From: an uncultured delta proteobacterium
Lineage (GTDB): Bacteria; Desulfobacterota; WTBG01; CAIYCZ01; CAIRTM01
Direction: 5' to 3'
DNA: 64,000 bases
Assembly: GCA_963804955.1 (NCBI GenBank)
Contig: CAWDSQ010000014.1
Coordinates: forward strand, 192,001 to 256,000
This document shows positions 39,734 through 49,550 of the stretch, one piece after another (the stretch's first letter is position 1; each line of letters starts with the position of its first letter). Below the pieces are notes generated by a model. It did not search any database and had not been told where the DNA came from. It saw only the letters and a program-made list of their open reading frames with translations. The position numbers and the translations under genes are program-made.

Positions 39734-40987
39734 TTATTTTGAATCAGTATCGGGCCGGGCAAGGGGCAGATAGATGTCGAATACCACACCGCGGGGCAGG
39801 TGGCGCTGCAGTTTTATATGCCCGCCGTGTATTGCTATGATCTGATTGCACACGGCAAGCCCCAGTCCCGTGCTGCTGGGCTTACTGGTATAGAACGGAT
39901 GGAACACCTTTTCCACATCCCCGTCATCGATTCCTTCGCCCGTATCTGCAATTGAAATTTTAACCTGCCCGTCTTCAAGAGCAGTCGAAATGTGCAGAAC
40001 GCCTCCTTTGTGCATGGCGTCGATGGAGTTATGAAAAAGGTTCTGCAGCACATGACGGAACTGGCCCGTGTCGAGCTCCATTGCCGGAATGCCGGAATGA
40101 AAGCTCTCTTCAACCTGTATGCTGTGGCGGGCGAATTCCTGCGCAAATCCCTTGAGCGCATCCTCGATAACGCTGCCCAGATACACGCTTGTGAGCTCCA
40201 GCTTTCTGGGCCGCACAAAATCCAGAAGCTCCGACAGAATCAGCTCCAGGCGATCTGTTTCATCAACGATGATCTGGAGATACTTTGCGCTGGCCTCGTC
40301 GGCCTGCTCTTTTTTCAGAAGCCTTCTGGCAAAGCCGCCTATGGATACCAGGGGGTTTCGCAGCCCATGGGCGACGGTTGCCGACATTTCGCCCACGGCG
40401 GCAAGTTTTTCCGAGCGAATGAGGCGGTCGCGGTTCACTTTGAGCTCGCTGTTGACTGCATCAAGCTCGCTGATTTTCTGCTGCAGGGTCTGCTGGGAAG
40501 CGGTCAGCTCGGCGGTTCGCTCATGCACCTTCTCCTCAAGCCTGGCAGCATACTGCTGCATGGCCTCTTCGGCAAGGGCGTTTCCGGCTGTATCCTCGTA
40601 GGTTTCACAAACCCCGATCAGCGAGCCGTCGGCGCCGGTCAGCGGCGTGCATGAAACCCGGTAGAGGTCCTTGCCGCCGGAGCTCGCCAGGTCAAGCATC
40701 ACCGTTTGTTTGCTGCCCGTCTCCATGCACCGCAGGGCAGGACAGGCAGGGCAGTTTGTATCAGAGCCGTCATGCAGCACGCTGTGGCAGGGGGGGGGGC
40801 TGCCCGGCGCTGCAGCCAGGGGAAACCATTTCTGCAGCGTCGCATTCGCACAGACAATACGCCTGTCGGGGGTAAGAATGACGATGCCGCGGCCAGGGTC
40901 ATCCATAAGCCCTGCAAGCAGGTTTGAGGACTGCTGCAGCCGCTCAAGCTCTTGAAGCAGTCTTTGATCGTCGCTTTTCAAGGACAT
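39734..40987 (-). CDS. PAS-domain sensor histidine kinase (cytoplasmic, Cys-containing PAS)
   Basis: CH..L...CPACP PAS, AHGLRNPL, NLFHNSIDAM, DTGEGI, GLGLAV. Confidence 0.9.
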   Translation of the reverse strand: MSLKSDDQRLLQELERLQQSSNLLAGLMDDPGRGIVILTPDRRIVCANATLQKWFPLAAAPGSPPPCHSVLHDGSDTNCPACPALRCMETGSKQTVMLDLASSGGKDLYRVSCTPLTGADGSLIGVCETYEDTAGNALAEEAMQQYAARLEEKVHERTAELTASQQTLQQKISELDAVNSELKVNRDRLIRSEKLAAVGEMSATVAHGLRNPLVSIGGFARRLLKKEQADEASAKYLQIIVDETDRLELILSELLDFVRPRKLELTSVYLGSVIEDALKGFAQEFARHSIQVEESFHSGIPAMELDTGQFRHVLQNLFHNSIDAMHKGGVLHISTALEDGQVKISIADTGEGIDDGDVEKVFHPFYTSKPSSTGLGLAVCNQIIAIHGGHIKLQRHLPRGVVFDIYLPLARPDTDSK

Positions 40988-41061
40988 GTAAAACACCAGC
41001 AGAAAAACATGCGCTGCCCACAGCCAAAGACCGGCACCGCATGAAACAAAAACAACGCAGG

Positions 41062-42243
41062 TTACTTAAAATACTTCTTTGCAACTTTGGCAAAGCCTTC
41101 AGCCGCGCCCTCGATCATGCGGTCATCAACGCAGTAGGCGATGCGGAAATAGCCCGGGCAGCCGAAGCCGCTGCCCGGCACCACCAGTATGCGCTCCTGC
41201 TGCAGTTCCATGACGAACTGCACATCATCGACCGGCGCCTTGGGGAAAAGGTAAAACGCTCCTTCCGGCTTGTGAAATTGATAACCCATCCCTCCAAGCA
41301 GGTCGCAGAGCCGGTCGCGCTTGCGCTTGTAAAATGAGAGGTCAACCGATACGCCCTGCAAATGCCGCACGATGCGCTGCATGGTGGCCGGAGCGTTCAC
41401 AAACCCCAGGGTGCGGTTGCAGAAAATAAGGCCGCCCATCATTTTGTCAAGCGGCGCAAGAGCAGGGTTCACGGCGATGAACCCCAGGCGCTCGCCGGGC
41501 AGCGACAAATCCTTTGAATAGGATGTTACAATGAGGCTGTTGCGATAGGCCTGCAGGATGCTCGGGACCTTCACCCCGTCATAGACGATTTTCGAATATG
41601 GCTCATCGGAAATAAGATAGATATCGCGGCCTAGTTTCGAGCATGCGCGGTTGAGCATTTCGCCAAGGGATATGATGGTTTTTGCATCATAGACACGGCC
41701 CGTCGGGTTGTTGGGCGAATTGATGAGAACGGCCTTGGTGCGTTCGGTAATTACCGCCTCAATGGCTGCTACGTCAAGGTTGAAATCTTCTGTTGTTTGT
41801 ACCAGCTTCGATATGCCGCCGGCATTGTCGATATAGAAATTATACTCAACAAAATACGGCACCGGCACAATGACTTCATCGCCCGGATCAAGAATGGTCT
41901 TCAGCACCACGTTGAGCGCCCCGCCTGCGCCGCAGGTCATGACGATGTGGTCGCCGAACATTTCAATGCCGTGTTCTTCGGACATGTATTCGGCAACGGC
42001 CTGCCGCGTCTCCATGTACCCGGCATTTGACATATAGCCGTGCTGCAGTGGCATGCGGTTACGGATCGCATCTTCCAGCAGATCAAAAAATTTTTCCGGC
42101 GGCTCCACATTGGGGTTGCCAAGGCTGAAGTCATACACTTTGTCTTCGCCGTACTGCTTTTTAAGAATTGCGCCCTGCTCGAACATCTTGCGTATCCAGG
42201 ATGCATTCTCCATGAAGTTCTGCACTTTTTTCGAAATTGCCAT
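41062..42243 (-). CDS. PLP-dependent aminotransferase class I/II (aspartate aminotransferase-like)
   Basis: SWIRKMFE, NSPNNPTG, SDEPY, SYSKDLSLPGERLG. Confidence 0.95.
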   Translation of the reverse strand: MAISKKVQNFMENASWIRKMFEQGAILKKQYGEDKVYDFSLGNPNVEPPEKFFDLLEDAIRNRMPLQHGYMSNAGYMETRQAVAEYMSEEHGIEMFGDHIVMTCGAGGALNVVLKTILDPGDEVIVPVPYFVEYNFYIDNAGGISKLVQTTEDFNLDVAAIEAVITERTKAVLINSPNNPTGRVYDAKTIISLGEMLNRACSKLGRDIYLISDEPYSKIVYDGVKVPSILQAYRNSLIVTSYSKDLSLPGERLGFIAVNPALAPLDKMMGGLIFCNRTLGFVNAPATMQRIVRHLQGVSVDLSFYKRKRDRLCDLLGGMGYQFHKPEGAFYLFPKAPVDDVQFVMELQQERILVVPGSGFGCPGYFRIAYCVDDRMIEGAAEGFAKVAKKYFK

Positions 42244-42373
42244 ACTGGTCTCCTGCGGTTAATCTGTGCTGTGTGTGGCTGGACTATGCTAGCCCAAAAA
42301 AAACCATAACGCAACAGCCGGGCACGAGGCGCTGCAGCGGCCTCATGGCGCATATAGGCTGCAGCTCACGATA

Positions 42374-44074
42374 TTATGCCGGTGCCGACTCCGTCTCAAA
42401 GGGCCATGCCAGCATGCCGCCATCCATGAAGGCGACATGGGTACAGCCTGCAGCCTCAAGAATGCGCTGCGCTTCATAGGCCCGCAGACTTGTCTTGCAG
42501 CTGATGATTATCTCCTTCTGCTGCGGAAGAGAAGCTGCCTCGGCGCGCAGCTTTCCAAGGGGCATATGCCGCACTGCCGGATGCGCGATGCGCTGCTGCT
42601 GATACTCCTGGGGGCTGCGCACATCGAGAAAGAGAAAATCATCGCCCCTGTCGAATTTTTCCTTCACGACAAGCGGCGATATGCCCCGGGCAAGGCCCTG
42701 CAACTTGTTTTCCAGAACGCCCGCAGCGGTAATAAAATTGTCCATGGCAGGTGAAAACGGCGGGGCATAGGCAAGATCAAGCCGGGAGGCCTGCGTTGCC
42801 GTGGCAGCGAAGGTAAGGCATGATACGGCAATGTCGAGCCGCTTTGCCACATCGCCCGGCCCGAGCATCTGGGCTCCGAGCAGCCGGCCGGTCTGTTTCT
42901 CGGCAACAAGCTTGATGATAATGGGCTGCGCTCCGGCATAAAAATGCGGCTTGTCAGGGCCGGGCACAATAACCGATTCAACATCATGGCCGAGCAGCCG
43001 TGCTGCGCGCTCGGTAAGCCCTGTGCAGCCCACGGTATAGGCGAACAGCTTGCACACGGCCGTTCCGAGAACGCCCGGAAATGCCGCAAACATGCCTGCG
43101 ATCGTGTCGGCAATAACCCGGCCATGTTTATTGGCCGTCGAGCCCAAGGGGGCAAAAACGGGGCTGCATGAGACAAGATGCCTGTTTTCAACACAGTCGC
43201 CGCCTGCGTAGATGTCGGGATCACTGGTCTGCAGTTGCTCGTTGACCATGATAGCCCCGGTCTGGCCCAGTTTCAGTCCGGCTTCCCGGGCAAGCGCGGT
43301 TTCCGGTCGCACGCCGACGGAGACAAGCACCATGTCTGCCGGCAAGCTTGCCTGTTCCGTGACAATGCCGGCAACCCTGCCCTCCCCATCGTCCTCAAAG
43401 CGCTGCACCACAGTGCCGGCGAGTATGGTGATGCCTTGGGAGCGGAGATACTTCTGCAGCAGCAGCGCCATGTCCGTATCAAGCAGCGCAGGCAGCAGCG
43501 TCGGGAGCCGCTCGATGACGGTGACACCGATCCCGTGCTGCGCCAGTGATTCTGCAACCTCGAGGCCGATGAGGCCGCCGCCGATAATGACAGCGCGGCC
43601 GGGCTTGTTACGGCCGATACATTCTTTGATGGCAACAGCATCGGCCATAGTAGAAAGCGTAAAAACATTCTGAAGCTGTGCGCCCTCAAGGGAAGGAATA
43701 AACGGCGTAGCGCCCGTTGCAATGACAAGCCTGTCATAGGCAAAGTCGGCTGCAGTGCCGCTTTCGAGATCAACGGCTGCAACGATTTTAGCCTTGCGAT
43801 CGATACGCCGGGCCTCGGTGCGCGTGAAAACCTTCACACCCTTGACTCCCTTGAAAAATGCCCCGTCGCGCACAATGCCAAGGGGCGTATCCATAAGGTT
43901 TTTAGGCTCGGGCACCATGCCGGCGATATACATGGGAAAGCCGCATGCTGCATAGGACAGGTCTCTGCCCTTTTCAAGAACAGTTATTTCAGCCTGCGGG
44001 TCAATACGGCGCAGGCGGGCAGCTGTTTTCATGCCGCAGGCATTCCCGCCGACGATAACGACTTTTTGGACCAT
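42374..44074 (-). CDS. CoA-disulfide/persulfide reductase with C-terminal rhodanese domain
   Basis: GGNACG, SYAACG, GGGLIGLE, DLAYAPPFS, LDVR...CKTSLRAY. Confidence 0.9.
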   Translation of the reverse strand: MVQKVVIVGGNACGMKTAARLRRIDPQAEITVLEKGRDLSYAACGFPMYIAGMVPEPKNLMDTPLGIVRDGAFFKGVKGVKVFTRTEARRIDRKAKIVAAVDLESGTAADFAYDRLVIATGATPFIPSLEGAQLQNVFTLSTMADAVAIKECIGRNKPGRAVIIGGGLIGLEVAESLAQHGIGVTVIERLPTLLPALLDTDMALLLQKYLRSQGITILAGTVVQRFEDDGEGRVAGIVTEQASLPADMVLVSVGVRPETALAREAGLKLGQTGAIMVNEQLQTSDPDIYAGGDCVENRHLVSCSPVFAPLGSTANKHGRVIADTIAGMFAAFPGVLGTAVCKLFAYTVGCTGLTERAARLLGHDVESVIVPGPDKPHFYAGAQPIIIKLVAEKQTGRLLGAQMLGPGDVAKRLDIAVSCLTFAATATQASRLDLAYAPPFSPAMDNFITAAGVLENKLQGLARGISPLVVKEKFDRGDDFLFLDVRSPQEYQQQRIAHPAVRHMPLGKLRAEAASLPQQKEIIISCKTSLRAYEAQRILEAAGCTHVAFMDGGMLAWPFETESAPA

Positions 44075-44121
44075 TGTGAGACTCCTTTCAAAAAAAGTCC
44101 TCTGCTGATGCACCTTCTGCG

Positions 44122-44367
44122 TTAAAAGGCTTTGGGGCAGCAACCGCCGGAAGCGCAGGGCGATGAGCCGCACTGCGGCCCTGTCTGGCAGCCCAGCGAC
44201 TGGCAGGCGCTGCTGGCCGCAGTGGTGTGAACATTAGGCGCCGACAGTATTTTTTCCAGTCCGGCGGCGCCGCAGGAGGTGCAGGCAAGGCCTTCAGCCT
44301 GACTGCCATAGACCAGAAACTCACTCACAGCGCCGCATTTTTTACACCGGTATTCATAGATGGGCAT
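44122..44367 (-). CDS. FmdB family zinc-ribbon protein
   Basis: MPIYEYRCKKCG...CTSCG...KILS, Cys-rich tail. Confidence 0.9.
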   Translation of the reverse strand: MPIYEYRCKKCGAVSEFLVYGSQAEGLACTSCGAAGLEKILSAPNVHTTAASSACQSLGCQTGPQCGSSPCASGGCCPKAF

Positions 44368-44445
44368 ACGCAAACTCCCTGCTCAAGTCAAAAAATCAAC
44401 ATTTAAAGGACAAACTTCATGGAAGCTGGCGCCATGGAAAAAACA

Positions 44446-44481
44446 GCAGGGGATTTGTACGCCTGCGTACAAATCCCCTGC
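44446..44481 (-). terminator. Rho-independent terminator after ferredoxin
   Basis: Long perfect inverted repeat GCAGGGGATTTGTACGC-CT-GCGTACAAATCCCCTGC, followed by T-run on the minus strand. Confidence 0.8.
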
Positions 44482-44508
44482 ATGATGGTCAACCAGTACC
44501 AGCTGCAC

Positions 44509-44682
44509 TCAGTCCATCGAAATAGCTTCGACCGGACACTCGTCAACGCAGGTACCGCAATCGACGCAGGTGTCGGCATCGATAACGGCCTTATCGTCTT
44601 TCAGCGCGATTGCCTCAACCGGGCATACTTCAACGCAGTTTCCACAGCCCGTGCATTTTGCCATATCAGTTTTTGCTGCCAT
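44509..44682 (-). CDS. 2x[4Fe-4S] ferredoxin (57 aa)
   Basis: Manual translation MAAKTDMAKCTGCGNCVEVCPVEAITLKDDKAVIDADTCVDCGTCVDECPVEAISMD; AAGGAG RBS; absent from ORF track. Confidence 0.95.
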   Translation of the reverse strand: MAAKTDMAKCTGCGNCVEVCPVEAIALKDDKAVIDADTCVDCGTCVDECPVEAISMD

Positions 44683-44758
44683 AAACTATATCTCCTTTCT
44701 AAAATAAAAATATTTTACTATATACCATTGATTTTTCCCTGCTGCAAACACAAAAGCG

Positions 44759-46036
44759 CTACTGGGGGAAATTCTCTTCGAGAGACCTCAGCAGGTTATA
44801 GAAATCACCCTGTGTGTCGATACTGCGATTTTTCACTTTCAGCGTTTCCGGATTGATGAGTGAGCTGAAGGCAATACCGTCGATCTCGAGGTTATCACAC
44901 ACCGTAACCATTTCACCCATCCTGCTCTGTTCAATCAGCCGATAGGCTCCCACACCGAGCTGCGATGTCAGCAGTGAATCATACAGCGACGGCGGAAGCT
45001 GCCTCGTTTCGTAGCCGGCTATCTGCGGCTTGAAGCTCTTCTTGGTGCCGGTTTTTCCACTATATATATTCTCAAGCTCTTTCGCCAGGTGCTCGCCGAT
45101 TTTTGCCTCGGCAAGGCGCAGGTTGCCGAAGCGGTCCTTCTCCATTATGGCCTTTGCATCCTCGGTCAGCATGTCTGCTATGCCCTCGGCAATGCAGAAG
45201 ACGCCGTAGCCGCGGCCGCGCTGTTCGCGCCTGATGACTATATCGACCAGGTCCTGGGCAAGCTCCTCAAGGCTGAAAGGTTTATTTTCATAGTCCTCGG
45301 GAATGATTGCCTTGGTGCCGCGGCCGTAAATGCTGGCGGCTGCGGTGTACCAGCCGGCCTTGCGGCCCATCAGTTCAACCACATGATAGCAGTTGGTCGC
45401 CTTGGCGTCATCATACAGACCCCTGACAATACGGCCCGCAGCCTCGGCAGCGGTGAAGTAGCCGAATGTCCAGGGAATGCCGTAATAGTCATTATCGATG
45501 GTCTTTGGCACATGCACAACTCCCTGAAAGGGAAATGTTTCGTCCTGTGCAAGACGCCTGCGGGTCAGCTCATGGATAAAATTGGCTGTTTTGAGCGTAT
45601 CGTCACCGCCTATGGAAATAAGGGCGCCGACCTTAAGATATTTGAAAGTATCGATGATGCGGCTGAGCGATTCTATTTTTTTCGGGTTATCAAGATCATG
45701 GAGGTTTTTGATATCCTTGCCGGGATTGGCCCGCGATGTGCGCAGGATGAAGCAGTTGGCTTCTATGGCATCAGAGGCGACCGTCTGGTCGATATATACG
45801 AAATGCTTGCCCGGCTGCAAATCCTGAGGCGGGAGGTCCTGCAGAAACTCATAGCCATTATTAAAGCCTATCACCTCTATGCCCCGGTCGAGAAACTGCT
45901 TGGCGCCGCCCGACAGCACGCGGTTGCCGCCGGGAGCCGGGCCGCCGGAATGCAGCAGGGCCACTTTGAGTTTCATGGATTTGAGCCGGGCAATAGCCGG
46001 TGTCAGCGACTCAAAATGAATATGTTTCACCCCCAT
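44759..46036 (-). CDS. pfp: 6-phosphofructokinase, likely PPi-dependent
   Basis: SGGPAPG, GGDDT and PKTIDND (the D/K pair typical of PPi-PFK), MGRKAG. Confidence 0.88.
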   Translation of the reverse strand: MGVKHIHFESLTPAIARLKSMKLKVALLHSGGPAPGGNRVLSGGAKQFLDRGIEVIGFNNGYEFLQDLPPQDLQPGKHFVYIDQTVASDAIEANCFILRTSRANPGKDIKNLHDLDNPKKIESLSRIIDTFKYLKVGALISIGGDDTLKTANFIHELTRRRLAQDETFPFQGVVHVPKTIDNDYYGIPWTFGYFTAAEAAGRIVRGLYDDAKATNCYHVVELMGRKAGWYTAAASIYGRGTKAIIPEDYENKPFSLEELAQDLVDIVIRREQRGRGYGVFCIAEGIADMLTEDAKAIMEKDRFGNLRLAEAKIGEHLAKELENIYSGKTGTKKSFKPQIAGYETRQLPPSLYDSLLTSQLGVGAYRLIEQSRMGEMVTVCDNLEIDGIAFSSLINPETLKVKNRSIDTQGDFYNLLRSLEENFPQ

Positions 46037-46440
46037 GGGAAGCCCCCTTTGCAGTTTTTTGGTTGCGGTGCAGCAAAAGCTGAACGAATGTGCGCAATAG
46101 AACCATCTGCCCCCGGAGCATTTCCGGCATGCCGGAGAGCAATGCTGCTTATTTAAAGCTATACCTATAACTATATACAGAGTAGTGATTCATTTCAAAC
46201 ATATTTCTTGCAGCAGCGGGCTGAAAAGTGCTGGAAAGAAACATCCGGGAGGGCGCTCGCCGGGTACGGTCTTTCGCCCAAAAAAGCAGCGGCAGATGAA
46301 AGAAATCTATATGGAGCATGTGCGGATCATCCGCCCGGCACAGCCAGAAATACGCTCGCCCGATTCCCGTGCCCGGAACTATCATGCACCATGGAAGGGC
46401 CGGGATATGATCCCTGCCTCCGGGGCGGGATGCTCCCGGT

Positions 46441-46480
46441 AAAAAATGCCCCCCGGCATACAAGGGTTCCGAGGGGCATT
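46441..46480 (-). terminator. Probable terminator downstream of the CIA30 gene
   Basis: AATGCCCC...GGGGCATT stem with T-run on the minus strand. Confidence 0.5.
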
Positions 46481-46605
46481 CATCAGATACGTCAAATTGT
46501 TACCGCCCATACATCGAGCTCTTGATAGCAGCAGCCGGATGTCGGCACACTCCGCCTGCTTGAGAATCTACCCGGCACAGGCCGTACAGTGGTGTTTTTT
46601 ACGCT

Positions 46606-47193
46606 TCACTTCTTCGGCTTGACGCCTGCTGCTGCAACGCCCTTAATCCACTCGATCTCAAGAGCAAAAGGTCCCTCCTGCTTGTCGGCGATAAGAAAGC
46701 CGAAGGAAGTAATGTCAGAGCTTTTCACCGGGGGCGCATTCGGCACCGGCTGGCCGCGGAATCGAGCGACAAAGTCCTTAAACGGAACCGTCACCGTCAT
46801 CCACTGATCTTTTTTGGTTGCGAAGGAAAACTGATAGGCATAGCCGCTGAAGCTGGCGTCTGTTTTTACCGTGAGCATATATGTTTTTCCGTCTCCCTTG
46901 ACGCGCACGCCCATGCCCTGAAAACCGCTGAGATCATATTTTTTATTCTCCCGGGAGCTGGTGGAGCAAAAGCCTCCATTATTCTTCAGCGACACCGTGC
47001 CCTTGAAAAGGGCCGTGCCCTTGCCGCCCGGCTGCAGGCTGCTTTCAGAAACGCCGCCCATAACCGTATCGTTCACGACCTGCCAGGGCTTGAAGCTCTC
47101 CGGATTTTTAAAATCAAAAATCATTATTTCCGTCAGTGGCGCACTCATTATAATTCCTCCAAGAAGCATATACGCAAGAATACATGATTTCAT
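46606..47193 (-). CDS. CIA30 family protein
   Basis: WQVVNDTVMGGVS, VSLKNNGGF, VKGDGKTY, LIADKQEGPFALEI. Confidence 0.92.
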   Translation of the reverse strand: MKSCILAYMLLGGIIMSAPLTEIMIFDFKNPESFKPWQVVNDTVMGGVSESSLQPGGKGTALFKGTVSLKNNGGFCSTSSRENKKYDLSGFQGMGVRVKGDGKTYMLTVKTDASFSGYAYQFSFATKKDQWMTVTVPFKDFVARFRGQPVPNAPPVKSSDITSFGFLIADKQEGPFALEIEWIKGVAAAGVKPKK

Positions 47194-47859
47194 AAAACCC
47201 TCCTCATTTGCTTAAGTTATAAGACATGTCACAACCGATCTCCTGCGTCATCCTCGTTATGTGAATCCCGGGATATCGTCTTCTCCACCAAATGGCAATA
47301 GGTGCACCGGCAATGCGTATAAATATATCACAACCCCTTCAAAACATTTTCTTATATTTATATCATGTAATTCCAAATACAAGCAATAGCAGGTCAAGTC
47401 AATAAGAATCATGTTACAAACAAAAACATGGGCGACACCTAACCCTGTGTCCAAAAAGCTTGGGCAGGATCATGTTGTTGCATTCTTATCAGGGAGGAGA
47501 GTATGCTTCAGGGGCTTATCAAGGGCAATTGCGCGAGTTAGACATCGTGAGCAGCATGAGCAGCATGAGCAGGAAAGGCACTTGCCGGGATAACGCGCCG
47601 ATGGAGGGCTTTTCATTCGCTGAGAACGCGCATGGGTAAATTGTGAGGATTACAAGACTCGTGGTAAAGCTCGGAGCAGTGTTTTTAGCTACAGAGAGCT
47701 GTTTCGCAGCAGAAGGCATTCTTCGTTGCAGTTCAAGAGCCCTTTGGACTTTGAAATCACCATGAATGCCCCTTATCCAAGAGTACGGAAAACTGGGGGG
47801 GGATCAAAATGAGCCAAAGCAAATTCAGCGCCGGGATGCCCAGCCTTAGTGGAGGGGCA

Positions 47860-49542
47860 TCACTTATACCGCAATTGTTCAATTTCTCCAGTGAGCATCT
47901 TTTGCAAATGGACCCCGTGAATCATTTTTTCTGCATTGTAAATATTCATGAAATGGGTGTCCAGAGGCGGCACATAGAATTTCATGGCGTGATTGCGCGC
48001 AAGTTCACGGTAATTAACCGGAAATAAAGGACGCGGGTCTTTGCCCCTTATACTATACGATAAAGACATACATCCAAATGCGATCCTGGCATGCGCCCAA
48101 AATTCAAAAATAGTACCGATTGAAAAAATGAAACAAATGGGGAGCACAACGGCAACACGATTTATTCGTGTATTACAGAGCTCATTGATCAGTTGACATC
48201 TGGGCACATATTTTGAAAACAGGACATAGAAGACAAAGGTTGGCAAAAACATGCCTCTCATCGAATAGTTATTGTAGTTAGTATAAGCGATAATATATGT
48301 GGAGAGAAAACATAATAACGCAGCAACGAAATACTTCCTGTCTTTATTACTAAACCGAGGAAATAGAAAAAAGAGCACTACCGGTATGAAGCAAAATTCA
48401 ACCAAAGTGACTAATAAAAACCAGACAGGTAACGATAATAATTTGTTGAGAAAAAAACTATCAGTGAAAGCAAGATGAAAACTGGCAGGAATAAAGCCCA
48501 TCCCGTGGGGTCTGTTCAAAAAAAGCTGTATTGGCAGCAGTAATGTAATGATTAGAATCGGTAAAACACGAATATTTAAAAATCGATTGATAATCAGTCT
48601 GTATTCAATGGCACAGAAGAGAGGCACAGCAAAAAAGGCAAACACACTGCTGTAAAACCCGGCTATCAATAATAAGCCGACGACCAAGGCTTTAGTTGTT
48701 TTATGTACATAACTGGTTTTTGAAAGGAATATGAATGCCAGTACAGTTGCGTAAAAACCCAGTACGTGTGGCATGGTCCAGAATAATGCCGAAAAAAAAG
48801 ACGAGATCTGGGCATTCCCATGCAAAAACAGTGCTCCTTGCCACCCATCGTGATGATTGACCAGCGGGGCCTTTAAAAAGACACTATCTGCAAGCCAGTC
48901 CAGACCACCAAAAGCAGTAAAAAGGAACACCATTATCCAAAGGGACCTGCGGTTTGGTGTTAACAGATTGACAATCTCAAGTAAACTGCCAAATATAAGA
49001 GGATAATACAGTGCATTCCCCACGCAGATGGCATCCTTTAAAGTAATAAATGGCAGAGCCAGTTTCATGACGGCAAAAGGAATCATTGAAGCGTAATAAT
49101 ACGAGTAATAATAATCCTGGTTGGCAAAATGCCTGAGAGGGAAAGAGTCCGACATCGTCATGGAAATCAGACCGGATATTCGCTGTGTATCATCCCATTG
49201 TACTTGAACAATGTTACCCGGAAGCCATTCCAGCAAGTAAGGGACACGTAAAAAGGAGAGCAGAAGCCAAAAGCCAGCCAGCCAGCTGATCATCCCCCAA
49301 GAAATGCATAAGGTTGTTCGTTTGGCAGATGCCTGGAAAACAAGCCGACTGCCGGCCAGCAAGCATGCTGGGTAGATCACGAGAAGCCACCAGACCGGGG
49401 TTTTGAGAGTGTTGCACACTATCAACGTGAACAGATTGCTTATCAAGACGAGAGCAAGGGTCTTTGTGAAAAGTAAACGGGTTAAAGCGGTACCGAGAAT
49501 GGTGTTTGGCAAGGATTTCATGCTTATCCGAAAAAACCTCAT
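47860..49542 (-). CDS. Polytopic membrane protein, possible GT-C glycosyltransferase
   Basis: >10 hydrophobic segments with a periplasmic loop (WDD..R..., YYY); downstream of a GT2. Confidence 0.6.
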   Translation of the reverse strand: MRFFRISMKSLPNTILGTALTRLLFTKTLALVLISNLFTLIVCNTLKTPVWWLLVIYPACLLAGSRLVFQASAKRTTLCISWGMISWLAGFWLLLSFLRVPYLLEWLPGNIVQVQWDDTQRISGLISMTMSDSFPLRHFANQDYYYSYYYASMIPFAVMKLALPFITLKDAICVGNALYYPLIFGSLLEIVNLLTPNRRSLWIMVFLFTAFGGLDWLADSVFLKAPLVNHHDGWQGALFLHGNAQISSFFSALFWTMPHVLGFYATVLAFIFLSKTSYVHKTTKALVVGLLLIAGFYSSVFAFFAVPLFCAIEYRLIINRFLNIRVLPILIITLLLPIQLFLNRPHGMGFIPASFHLAFTDSFFLNKLLSLPVWFLLVTLVEFCFIPVVLFFLFPRFSNKDRKYFVAALLCFLSTYIIAYTNYNNYSMRGMFLPTFVFYVLFSKYVPRCQLINELCNTRINRVAVVLPICFIFSIGTIFEFWAHARIAFGCMSLSYSIRGKDPRPLFPVNYRELARNHAMKFYVPPLDTHFMNIYNAEKMIHGVHLQKMLTGEIEQLRYK

Positions 49543-49550
49543 TTCAGGTT

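Noticed and set aside
44419..44856. 145-aa + strand ORF
   Set aside because: Antisense shadow of the real ferredoxin on the minus strand
46183..46200. Rex operator upstream of pfp
   Set aside because: TAGTGATTCATTTCAAAC has about four mismatches to TTGTGAA-N4-TTCACAA; too weak
47257..47800. Small ORFs and the GAGCAGCAT tandem repeat
   Set aside because: No recognisable protein motifs or RBS; the repeat has under three copies
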